Assembly (NCBI RefSeq): GCF_009834535.1
Contig: NC_045696.1
Coordinates: forward strand, 101,124,001 to 101,188,000
Direction: 5' to 3'
DNA length: 64,000 nt
From: Camelus ferus
Taxonomy: Eukaryota
The notes beneath the pieces were generated by a model. That model was not told where the DNA came from. It saw nothing but the letters and a program-made list of their open reading frames with translations, and did no database searches. The position numbers and the translations under genes are program-made. This document shows positions 51,781 to 64,000 of this stretch, piece by piece (position 1 is the first letter of the stretch; each line of letters starts with the position of its first letter).

Positions 51781-53359
51781 GGAAAACTGAGATAAGACAC
51801 CTTAATCCCTAAATTTTTAACATCCTGCTAACATTTCATTTTGATTTTACTCTCCTAAGTACTGGCCAGAGCATTAGGAGCCCACCTAAACACTGGCTAG
51901 AGTGTATGTTTGTGTTTATTTTTCTTGGTGTAATCCAACTACTCCGGGACCTTTTGTTTATGACAGTGTAAGTGATGGATCCCTGGCTCTGCCTGTTCCT
52001 GCACAGAGATCTGCAGCTGCTGAACATCATTGTGTTTAATAAATGTCTTCGCTGTTTTTTCCCTCAAAAATTTTCAAGGTAGACATTTTCAACCCACAGG
52101 TCTTTTCCTTGTGACAGAGATGAATAAAAACAACAAATACCAAACAGCAAACAGAAAACCACCCTGAGCATTTGTGCTCATCTGCTCTCTCTAGTTGTCT
52201 AAAGAGGAGGAGCATTTTGGTTGCCTGGTCAGTGTTAAGAGGTTAGTAGGATCTGGTTTTGCCTGTGGGAGGGGAGATGATGAGAACGGTGGGAAACTAA
52301 GAGAGACTAGAATGGTGCAGAAAGGCTATGGGGTGAAATCGAGGAACAAACATCTATGAAGGGGCAAGGTAAGAAAACAGCAACAGCTTGAACACTGTAG
52401 ATCCTCTTGGGAATTTGAAAGGTGGAGGAAAAGGGGTAGGAGCAAGAAAGACAATAAGCAGCTGCTTTTATAAGAGGGGGTTTGGTAGAGAAGCAAGAGC
52501 TTGTAGAGAAGTTAGTCTTTTTTGTTTACCTCCTTCCTCAAGAGAAATTTCTCTAAGATTCAAGTTATTTTAAATGCTTTGGAGGATTTTTTTGTTTGTT
52601 TGCTTTTTTGTTTTTGTTTTTTTCTTTTTTGCATTTGACACGACACTGGTCTCAAGGATGCTCTGTTTTATTAAGATGAAAATTCAGTCACTTCAGCACT
52701 TGTTTGAAGCACACCTACCTGTGGAGCTAAGTGCTCTGAGATGCTAGAGTAAATAAAGTCCCACCCTTGTCCTCTAGCAGCGTCCTCTTCTGGTAGAAAC
52801 AGACACGGACACACTGCCTAGTACTGGTCAACTGTTCCGGTCATGCAAAAGAGGAAGTCATGATACCCTTTTATGGGACTGGAGAATTTTCAGATGTATC
52901 TTTATAGGAAAACAAACAAAACAGACAAGACTCCTTTAATCTATCAGTTTCTATTTAAATCAGTATTTGTTGTGAGATATTTCTCCAGAAGATGCTTCAT
53001 TCCAAATGGTCATTGGTAGATTAATTCCTGTCTAAAGGCATCATTTGAAGGCTGTTTCAAATGGTTTATAACAACCTTCAGCACTGTGGACTGTATAATC
53101 AGGGAATGAAAATAGTCACTTTGGGTCTGATACTGTTTTCATTCTATCCAGAGGGATATTTGCTGATTACTAGGTTAAAAAATGTTTTCAATATTTTTAA
53201 AGAGTTAAGACAAGACTCAAAAGATCAACTCCATTTTTTGCTTTTAACTTTCAAAGAATGTTGCCTTTTAAGAAGTTCTTGCCATTGTTTTCAGAAATTT
53301 ATCATCTGTACTGTCTAGTATGTATGTATTTTTCTCTTTTCCTCTCCTTAAGAGAAGGT

Positions 53360-53575
53360 TTTGACTGATGTTGTCTTTGAATGCTTTGTTCACTGCTTTC
53401 TTTTTTTGCCATTTTGTTTAACAGCTGAATCCCTTGTACCTAGAACACTGGCTGGCATACAGTAGTGACTAAATAAAGATTTGCTGAATGAATGGATAAT
53501 GTGAATCTTTGTATCCCTAACATTGTCTAGTATACTAATGCCTTGCATGTAGAAGACCGTCAAATATTAATTGAT
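53360..53575 (+). mobile_element. LINE-2 3' tail(s)
   Basis: gtacctagaacactggctggcatacagtag...aataaagatttgctgaatgaatgg, followed by a second degenerate tail. Confidence 0.75.
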
Positions 53576-56500
53576 TTGAAATACCATCAGTTCTAACCAG
53601 CCATGTGGATAGTGATTTATGTCAAAACTAAAAAGAGTGCAACCATTTTTCTTTTTATACTAGTTAATGGCTCTCTAGTTCTAATTGGTAGGATGCATAA
53701 GGTATGGTTTTGCAGAAAATCAGTGTTACTGCATCTCAGCTTGTCATTTTGTCAATAAGTATAAGCTTCTCATCACATTAGCTACAGAATTTGAGTTGAG
53801 TTGATCAATATGTGAATTTCCAAAATAGGGGAGAGTTGAAGAGAGGAAATCATAAATAAGTAGTCTCTGAAAACAACTTATCACAGCTTACTTATGATGC
53901 TTAACATATATCAGACACAATAAAAAAAAACCCACGAGGAAAGTTTTATCAGAAACAATTGAAGAAAGAATAGATGTTGAACAGCAATGATAGAATGATT
54001 CATGTCCTGATGTCACCAAAATACTTATTTTATATAATGTGAAGATTTTGGCTTTAGGGAACTCAAAATGATTTCTTTTTAATGTAAGCACTTGGTTTCT
54101 AAAATATATTTATAAAACATAAGAAATTATATTATGGATTAAGTGGAAAATATCAGGGGTAACATAGACATAAAAAAGGTAAGTGTGTACTAACAAATTT
54201 ATAGAACTTTTCTCAAATTGGAGAAATGAAGAGAAAGGATAAAAACAGGTTTCTTAGAAGCAGTCATAATTCTTAAATCACTAAGTTTTATTTGATAAGA
54301 GTTATTTTATCATTTTAATGACTTCAATTTAACTACAAATAGTAATTATTGCATGAAATAATGCACACTGAATTTAGTCATATGGCTTAATTTTCATTTC
54401 AAAATGTGAACTTTATAACCTATATTCCAGATCTCTAGAGCATGAGGATTCCTTTCAATCAAAAACTCAGAACACCTTTCACTTCCTTGTCAGAGTTCTC
54501 AACTTGAAATTTGGTCTCGTACAGCTGCTGTCAAAGCTTGACAATTGATATTTGAAAAGGTTGACCTAAGGGACATTATAACCATTCATTCCTATAGGTT
54601 TTCTAAAATTCTACCGTTCTAAGAGGGCTGACAGACAGCAAGCCGGGTAACTGGACTCTATTATTCTGTTCTTCATAGAAACACTTTCACTGAACTAGGA
54701 TTTAACATTTTGTCTTAAGGCTTATAATTGGTCGACCTTAGAAAAAGGTCAGATAATGTTACAAGTATCATCTATTATAGTGTTCAGCATGTCTTAAACA
54801 CAGAGACTGCTAGTGAAGTTCCCTTAAAGGTCAATGCTAGGTGTATTTTGTTTTCTTTTCCTATCCTTTATATTTCTTTCCTGATAAGCTGCACTTCCTC
54901 ATAATAGATAATGTGAGAATATTACTGAGCCATTTTCTCTTTCATTTTGGTTGCTCAGAAGCATCATATTGAGTTTAATGTTCATTTACTTTATTTTTCC
55001 TTGCTTAGGATGCTTCTAATTCTTTTAAAAATTACACAGGATTTAAATTATTCTCAAAATAAACAGTCTCAATTTAATCTAGTTTACTCAGATTTTGAAA
55101 TTTATGTTTTTAGTGTTGTATGCAACCAATATAAATCAATATTTGGCTTTGCTAAAATTTAGTTGCTATAAATAACCACCTATGTATCACAAATGTACCA
55201 CAACAAAAAATCACATTTTATCAGTACTCCATCAGTTGTAAGGCTATCACCATGAATATATAGTTTGACTTGCTGAACTGAGCAAGGTTTTAGATTCTTG
55301 CTAAATGTCCTGGATCCTCCATTCATTAACTGACTTTCTCATTTTGAGCAATTAACTTAACTATCTAAATCTTTGTTTTTTAATGTATAAAACAAATAAG
55401 TAATGGTGTCTAATAAAAATTGATTCAGATATTTTAAAGATATGGGAGAGAAACTGACTAGAATTTTAGTATGTGTGATTCTTCTTTCAACACTATCTAC
55501 TGTGGTCCATAAACAGTAATCATTACTTTTTTGTTAAAACTATGCTTTCATCTAAGCACTTAAATCAAAATCTGAGAATTAAACAAGCAATTTTATTCTT
55601 AGAATCGTGTAAATTCCTTAAGAATCATTTTATTATTAAAAAAGCAAAATAATATTTTTATTATAGAGTTCTGATAAATATAGATATGCATATTCCTGAA
55701 TCTGTGATAAAGGAATTATTCATTTTATTGCTTTATCAATCCACATTTTTAACTACTTGACTCTGTAATGTATCCATCAGCTCACTATTACATGTGAAAT
55801 CAGAATAACAAGGTTTTATTGATACCATTTCTTTTTCTGTATGTAATTATGAAGTTGAAACACAGGCTCTCTACATTTCCATCTGATTATCAAGCTCTGT
55901 ATATTCATATATCTTTGCCTCCTAGATCATACCAACCTGGGGGTAAATTGTGGCCACCAACAGTCACCACAGTTTTTCTCTAGTTCTACCAATGTTGGGA
56001 ACATTGTTTTGCAAAACTCTCTCTTAGGACATAACGAAGTGTCTCAATTGTGTTCAGTTTCACATCCTTTCCCCTGACACGTGATAGCTAATGTTTCCTG
56101 TCTTCCTTACACTGACTCTTTGTGATGATTTCAACTGGCCAGAGCACTGCTCCAGGCCTCTGTCCAATCTCTAACCTCCATAATCGCTTAGTAAAGAACG
56201 TCTCTCAAAACTGCAACACCTGCCAACACCAGTACCTGCATCATTGCCCTAAAGGGAGTGTAGTAAAACAGGGTTTTTTTTTGTTTGTTTTTGTTTTTTC
56301 CTTATATTTGAAGCCCCTTTTCTGGAAGGGGTAGTCAAATGTGCATTAGGGAAACAGAAGATAATCTGAATGACAGAATTGTCTTGCTCTCTAAACCAAG
56401 TCAATTGTCCATGAACTTATATTTTACACACATTCTATTCCCTCAGTATAAATTTTTACCCCAAATATCTCAATTAATCCTAAAAATAAATCCAAAACAA

Positions 56501-56737
56501 GCTTGTGCTATAGACTACCCAAATGCCTTTGGACATACTAGTTACAGTGACCTCAGTTTGAAAACCAAATTTAGAAAACTGTCTCTCTGTTGTTTACACA
56601 AGAGTCCACTATGAGCCTCTACCCTTCCTTGCCTATTTTTATATAGTTTATTGATTCAGAATTTGGGCTGAAATGCACCCATCTGTATTGAGCCTATCTA
56701 CATACCCGTAAATAAATAAATCAATGTATAAATTGTT

Positions 56738-56952
56738 AGTGTAGTATAATGAAGCATGCATATAATTTGGGGTTAGTTAGATCTTGGTTACAATCCAAAT
56801 TTTACACTTACTAATTCAGTGGCCTTACCCCTCTTGAATTCCATCTATAAAACGGGGATAATTTTACACGTGAGGGAGTTGTTTTGCATTCCAAAATATA
56901 TGAAATATGTAAAGTGTACAAATTCAATAAATTCTGGGTGTTATTATTATTA
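56738..56952 (+). mobile_element. MIR SINE
   Basis: ccatctataaaacggggataat ... tgtaaagtg ... tcaataaat...ttattattatt. Confidence 0.7.
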
Positions 56953-59900
56953 AAGATTTTGCACTGTATATATTTGAGTGGACACAAGGAAAAGTAAGAA
57001 GGGTCATATGATTGGCAAGTAAAGTGGCTCAGCCTCTCTATATTACTGGGATGTATATATTCTCTCTTAAAAAGATAAACTGACTATCTACATCACATGA
57101 CTAGTACATGGGGGTTAAAACGTTTTAATTGAATACAAATTAACAAATATATACACACACACAAAATTTTAATTTTGCATTTCAATTCATCAATGCTTCA
57201 AGTTCTTGTTAAAAAATGAAGGATAACAACTTGCCAGCACTGATTCCATAAGAACAAAACACAAAATCAGTTAGTCATACAATGACAATGATTCTGTATG
57301 TCTAGAGAGAGTGCCAACTATTCCTCAAGCTGTCAAGCGAATCAGGAATCCAGTGGTAAAATTGAGCACGAAATTACTAAATCTCCTTGTGCCACCCTAG
57401 CCAGGCATTCTTTTTTTTGAAGTTCTTTTCCAAAGGGAGTGGAAATTTGAGTAACAGGGAAATTTTACTCTTTAAAAACATTTAAAAAAAAAAAAAAGCA
57501 TGCTTTGGAAGACTACCCTGGAAGCTCTTTCTTAAAATAGAGCTATCGCATACTTGGAAACAACTTCACTTGTGAGGAGACAGTATCAAAATTGTCAAAA
57601 GTCTGAAGTTCAATTTTTCAAAAACAAACGCATTAGTGTCTTCAGGCTCTTATAATTTTTATCTTACTGCCCTACAATTCAGTCATGAATTAATGAAGTC
57701 TACACTTCAGGGAGCTGTTGGATATAACTTTTAAAATAAGAGCAAGATCCTGTTCAGTTAACTTTAATAAAAATCATTTTCATGATTTATTAAATGTGTT
57801 TGCAATAATGATTTCCTATATATATTGAAATAGAGCATGTATGCAATTAACCGTTAGGAGGTCATGTTGTAATGAACCTTATGAATTTTCTGAATCCAAA
57901 TTGATTTTTTAACTAAATATTTGTGTGAAGATTCATTTGAGAAGATAGTTTTAGTTTGAGCAATATCACCAGAGCTTAAATAAAGCCATTGTTTTTGCTT
58001 TTTTTGTGTGTGAGCCTTGCTGTTTTAAATTCTATGTTTGTACATATAATACATAAATAAACACTGTCCTTGGAAAATTTTGTATGAATCCCAGGCAAAT
58101 ATAGATAGTAAATTTGAAAAATGATTTAGCATTAAAAATAGTAAAAAGCCAAGAATATTCCCGTAATAATAAAGCCATTCAAAATTTTATTATCAATGAC
58201 TAAAAAAGAATATATTCATCTATGCTGCATTTATTAAAGTAGAATGATTTGCTTATGAAAGGCCACTGGACACCAATACAGACAGGTATCTAAATTTTCT
58301 GTGACAATCTCAATTTTACATCTTGTATAATTTTGTCTCTATAATATCTCAAAGTTACCAATATTTAGTAAATAAAATAATTTAGTCATGATCAGCAGTA
58401 ATGCTTGAGATTAAAAAAATTAACATAAGGCAAAAATAGCACTCATCAAACTGTGAATGTTAATAATTCAAAAACTGGAAAAACAAAGTACAAAATAACT
58501 GAGGGGCTCTTTTTTCCCTAAAAAATCTGATAAAATGAATTCATAATATAGTAAGAAAAATCACATACATTTATGAACCTAAGAGTTCTACAGGTATTAA
58601 AATACATTCTGCAAGTTCCAATCCAATTTATATATTCTAGGGATTTAAGTTCTTGACCTAGCTACTCAATCAATGAAAAATTCTACATTATAAATAGTTT
58701 TGGGGGAAAATTTATTAGGTTAAAAAGGCAAAATTACTGAACAATAGGAATTCTAATCCTCTCCTAAATATCTCACTAATCATTTCCTTATGGGCAGGAT
58801 GGAGAAGAATTACATGGAATTTCATTTTTAATTACTCAAAATCCTATGTAAATATAATATGCTATTTAGTTACAAGGTAAAATTTTGTTATAAACTATAC
58901 CCACCAACCCTCCACCCCTAAATTAGCCAGAGAACTCAAAGACCTTGTCCCGCGTAGATTCCCTCCGTACCAGGTTTTACATCATCTTCTAAATCCCACA
59001 TATTCTTGGCTCTAGCTAGTCTATTCTAAGATAAACTATTATTATCCTAAATAATTTATGTTTTATTTTCTATCTCCAAGTTTAGAATTATTTAAACCTC
59101 TATACAAAAGATTGGAGTTACTTAAACTTTTAGTTGTTTTGTTCTGTTTTAACGAGTTCTTTATCCATGTTATGTGGCAAAAAGCTATTTCTAATAAACT
59201 CTACGAAGTGTTGCTACTGCTTCTTCTTTCTCTTTCCCCTGTGAATAGGACTTAGTGTTTACAGGGTAGTGACACTCTCCCTGGGTCTTTTAAACCTAGT
59301 GTTCTGTGTGTGCTATGGGCCCTTCTCCCATGGAGTAGGGACTGGCCCTGGGCACTGGAAGACAAAGGCACCACACAAGTGTATGTTACTTTCTGGAATA
59401 CTTAGATAAATGACTTTGTTCACAACATGAAATAATAAGAAGGATAAAGAGAGAAGATCTGGTGATACATTAAAGGACAGTGCAACATAAAAAAAACAAG
59501 TAATAATTACTGTGTACATACTTGGGTGCTAGGCACTTTTAAAGTCCTTTCTCACTGAATTTTCAGGACTTATGAAGGTGGAGGAGAGGCTAAACTACAT
59601 ATCAAATGTCACATTTGTGACAAACCAGTATTAAATCCCTTAAAGTGACTCTCATCCAACCCTGTGGAATTTCCTTTAGTTTCTGTGTAGTTTGTACATT
59701 ATATATTTACTCAGATGTGTTATATGATTTTGAACTATGCAAAGGACAAGTTAAAATAACAACACAATACTGAACAACATTCACACTGGAAAGAAATAGT
59801 GTCATGTTGAATTGAGTTTATTTTCCTTTCTCTTCCTCCTCCTTTCTTCCTCATCCTCTTCTTATTTTTCTTTTGAATAAATAGTTTTCATCTGCTTTTC

Positions 59901-60064
59901 TTACCAGAATGTGAACTCCTTAGAGGCTGGATTTCCTCTTTTTATCTTTTCTATTTCCTCCTTCCATTTAGCATGATGTATATAGAAGCCATTCAATAAA
60001 TAATTGCTGAATGAGCATATAATAACTGGAAAAATTAATTTTTTAGTGGTTGACATGTCCATTA

Positions 60065-60290
60065 TTATGATACCCCTACTATGTGCCAGATATTGTGCTG
60101 GGTATCACATACTTGTTTCAATCACAAAAGTAGTGCAATTCATGTATTCCCTCCGTTTTAGAATTCGGACAACTGACTGTAAAAGTGTAATTAACTTTTC
60201 CATGATCATGCACTTCTAGAAAGTGGCATAAGAACAGTCTGAACAGAGCTCTTTCTACTCCTAAAGCATGCTCATGTACTAGTGTGCCAT
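60065..60290 (-). mobile_element. MIR SINE
   Basis: cctactatgtgccagatattgtgct ... aaagtggca ... ctcctaaagcatgctc. Confidence 0.65.
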
Positions 60291-60851
60291 GACACCTTAT
60301 AAATAAATGATCTCTTTTGATTTCCCCACTATGGAAATATCATGAAGTCAATGGTCTCTATCACAAAATCATAAATTTGGCCTGCCAAATGTATCAGAAC
60401 AGAGATATAAATCAGAATATAGTAGATCATAAGAGCAACTGACATGATTCCACATTTATAAAATAATGTAAGAATTAAAAATACACTAGTGTCAATTCAA
60501 AGGGCTGTCACATGGCGGAAAAAATATTTTATTTATTAAAAACATATTTTATTCCAAACAAAATTTCAGAATGATTCTAAACACTTAAATAATATATTCA
60601 TGTTTAAAAAGTATTATAAGATTGTAGGAAAGTATGAATAGAAAATTTGATAAAATTGAAAAAAATATTAATATGCAAAATGTATGCTATTAAGAGTGTG
60701 TTAGGATTTAGTCAGCCGAGCAGAGAACATCATAAGAATTAGGTCTTATACGAAAGTGGGAAGAGCTGGGAAAGGGGTTCTGAGAATCAGAAGAGTTGCT
60801 AAATTGCTTATTAGTTCATCTGAAGCATGGGTATGAGTTAACAGTCTATAC

Positions 60852-61386
60852 TGTTGATGCCCTCCAGCCAAGATCGCCAGGAATATACCTGAACAAACTG
60901 AACAAGTTGAGTTTATTATTCATTGCAGCAAGGGAGATGCACACTATGGAAGTGTCTTAGTAAGACTGTGTTAGAAAGGAATTACTGTGAGATTTAGGTT
61001 TGCGTTAGGTGATTTGGGGGTGGGTTTATGCAAGCAGGTCTTTACTCTGAAAACAAGGTTAATTCAATAATTTAATATCTTAATAACTCTTATCCAGAAG
61101 GAGGGAAGACTAGTTCAATGTTGTAATTGGCAAAGAAGAAGTAATTACTCATATTAGCCAGGATTAGGGGATGTGTGGCCATTTTTGTGGTTCAGATAAT
61201 GTTCTTACTTTGTTTATGTTCAGACATGAATATGGGGTGGTCTTGTTTTTTTGATCCTTTGAGGTCAGAGAGCGACCCTGTCTGCTGTTGATGTTTATGA
61301 AATTATTTATTGTGAAAAGGAGAGTGCCAAGACCTTGCTATTCCAGGCCAGCCCCTAGATGTCAGGGGCTCTTTTCTCCTTTTCCA
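60852..61386 (-). mobile_element. MER67-like ERV1 solo LTR
   Basis: Reverse begins ...gaaaagagcccctgacatctaggggctggcctgg...aacatcaacagcagacagg...aacaagaccacc...atgtctgaaca and ends aataaactcaacttgttc...caaca. It appears to sit inside an older ERVL-like LTR (about 60697-61570). Confidence 0.8.
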
Positions 61387-61594
61387 TAGCTTGCAGAGAA
61401 ATCCAAAGCATGACCATGAAGGGGAAATTCATGAAGAGGTTTAAGAGAACTACTGCCGCTGTGGTTCTGGGGACAGACATCTGGTGGTTGATGCCACTCT
61501 TGGATGGCAGTGCTCGCAGTCACTGGACATGCTATAGAGGACAGCAAGGAGATGCTGTATGTAGCCAGGCATCTCTGCACTGCTGCTATCTCAC

Positions 61595-61720
61595 TTGATG
61601 GATGAAGAAACTGAGTTACAGAGACCTTCAGTCACCTGCCCATAGTCACAAGAGTACTAACTAGAGATGCCAGGATTCAAGTACAAATAGTCTGTCTTTA
61701 AAATCCATAGTCTTAACTAT
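61595..61720 (-). mobile_element. MIR SINE
   Basis: gatgaagaaactgagttacagag...cctgcccatagtcaca...gccaggattcaa. Confidence 0.8.
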
Positions 61721-61779
61721 TTGTTTCTGTTGGATCTCAAAATGAACAATAAACTCATGAAAAGATTATCAGAATCACT

Positions 61780-62480
61780 GATGCTTAGGAAGATTCCAAT
61801 CAGTGCAAAATTTTAAAAACTTCAATCCTAATCTATGAAAAGTTGGGAAGACCAGTGTTGCAGACAAGGCATTAGGAAGGAGGGCCTTCAGGTACACTGC
61901 TAGTTGACAATGAATTACAATAACTTTTGGAAGGTCATTGTCAGTATCCATCAAAGCAGTTTACATGACATAGCAACTCTGCCTCTACAAATTGATCCTG
62001 TGGAAATAAAAGCATCAGTGTCTTAAAAAAAAGAAACAAATAGTTATGTGAATACCTATAATGGCATTATTTATAATGACAAAAAATGGGAAGCAGCCTG
62101 AATGTCCCTTAATGGAGGAATAAATTTACAAATTACAATATATATATTCTATAAACTGTCCAAAACTGTGGAAATAATTAGATCTTTTTCTATGAATCTA
62201 GAGAGAGATTTATGATGAGCTCGTAACTTTAAAAATTATTAATGTTCATGGTACAATTCAATATTTAAACCAAAAAAAGCACAACTCTTTGTATGTATGT
62301 TGATATCAGCATGAGAAAATTATGGAAAATACATGCCATATTGTCAACCTTGCCTTATCTCAGGATAAAGGGTTGGGAAAACAGGAAATGTACTGAAAGA
62401 AGCATAATTTATGCTCATCTTTCTTTATATTTTTGGATTTTTAACATTCTTTTGAGTACATACAACTTTGTAACTAAAAA
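61780..62480 (+). mobile_element. Ancient L1ME-type 3' fragment
   Basis: caggtacactgctag...acttttggaagg...gacatagcaactc...ggcattatttataatgac...gggaagcagcctgaatgtcc. Confidence 0.7.
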
Positions 62481-64000
62481 GATAAGTATGAAATGCTTCT
62501 GAGGAGGCTAAAGGAATCTGATATTCCTTAAGAAGATTTAAATGATCTTTATTAAAGTGGAAATGTGATAAATTAAAGAGAAAAGTTTTGATTAAAAAAT
62601 CCTTCAGATTAATAAAAAAATTTTGTCATGGAATTGGAATCTTATAAAATAAGTTGATATTGTGAAATTTCAGAATAAATATGTACATTCAGACTTACAT
62701 GCATACATATGTAAATAAATAAATATAAAATGACCTCTACAAAAATACAGCAGTACAAGGGAAATCTGACTGGTCACCTTCACACAATATATATTTCTAT
62801 AGAGACTGATATTTTTACATTCTCATTTCATTTCTATTTCAGAAACTACAAATTCTACATTGGCTCATCAGACTCTAGTACAGAGCCAGTGATTTTAAAA
62901 ATAGCTGTAGTCTAAGTATGTTTAAGGGAATCAGAATTTTCTTGGTCGTAACCATTAATGGAGCCTAGGAAGGTCTTTGTATTTAAGCAATATTTAAATT
63001 TTTAACATAGTTCCATTATGAAGACTAGCAAATGAGAAGCTGAACTGGATAATGATGTTTTCTTTAGGCCACTGCCTCTTATTTTAAAAAATAATGCTCA
63101 ATCATACACATACAGTATATATACATATTCATATGGTACAGTTGTTTGCATAATCAGACACACTGAATAATATTTATTAAAGCAGAGTATTCAGATCACT
63201 ACCATCCAAAAAAGGAGAAAACTTAGAAGAACCACTTCACAAAATTAATTTTCCAAGTATTTTAAATGCCAACATCTGAACTTGTGTTTGAGGCACAAAT
63301 ATGCTCTTTATGCAAAAGGTGTGTCTATGTGTGTGTGTGGGTGTGTTACTCAAATAAAACCTCCATTTTACTTAGATAAAATTCATCTTATTGATCAACA
63401 TATTTAGTTAAATTGATAATGAATTTGGGTAAATTCAATTGAAATGAATAAGCTGATAATGATTCCTGGTGAAGGTTCCTCACAGTAACCTAATATTTTC
63501 ATGCTAATATTAAACCACACAGAGAGTTTTAAAAGCATCTAACTTTAAGTCCACTACGAGAGTCACTATAAATTGCCATCTCATTTATATATATCTCACC
63601 CTCATTTACTATCTACAATTCACCTCAAAAAAGTGTGTTAATTTCTAAAATGATAGTATCTTACAAACACATTTTCTTAAACAACTTTATAAAATCACTT
63701 GTCAAAATGGAATGTTTACAATTTGACTGAAGTGACCAGTTTGACAAATAGTGTGTGAAGTCTTATTTTGCCTTTTAAAGTTTACAGTAGGTCCAAAATG
63801 TAATAGCTAAAATAGCAAAAACAAATAAAGATGGTCTACTGAGCCTAAAATATTACAGAGATGTTGTACTGATAGAACCAAAAGTATATTTGCAAAATGT
63901 ATCCACTGAAAGTAATTTCATATCAAGTGTCAAACCTGCCATACTTTTAAGATCTTGAGGTAACCTTGTCCCACCTGAAATGCTAATACTCTCAGACCTG

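Noticed and set aside
1..64000. CRISPR array, operon or prokaryotic defence system
   Set aside because: No regularly spaced repeats and no gene-dense ORF structure; the content is mammalian interspersed repeats.

Overview
AT-rich, CpG-poor mammalian genomic DNA, most likely intergenic or deep intronic. No protein-coding gene, RNA gene, CRISPR array or prokaryotic system can be supported. Two tRNA-derived SINEs resembling the camelid Vic-1 type suggest a camelid genome (alpaca/llama/camel); no ruminant, pig or primate SINEs were recognised. Much of the window is transposon fossils: L1, L2, MIR, MaLR/ERVL/ERV1 solo LTRs (several with intact target-site duplications, some nested), an ERVL integrase remnant and DNA transposons (MER5A1, MER58A, MER82, Arthur1-like). 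Repeat family names come from remembered consensus sequences, not a database search, and most boundaries of old repeats are approximate. The most notable non-repeat signals are an unexplained 242-codon ORF overlapping a small CpG/TALE-HOX motif cluster (45.5-46.2 kb), a perfect palindromic oestrogen response element (13514-13526) and several candidate non-coding exons. I found no convincing evidence of a new biological system.
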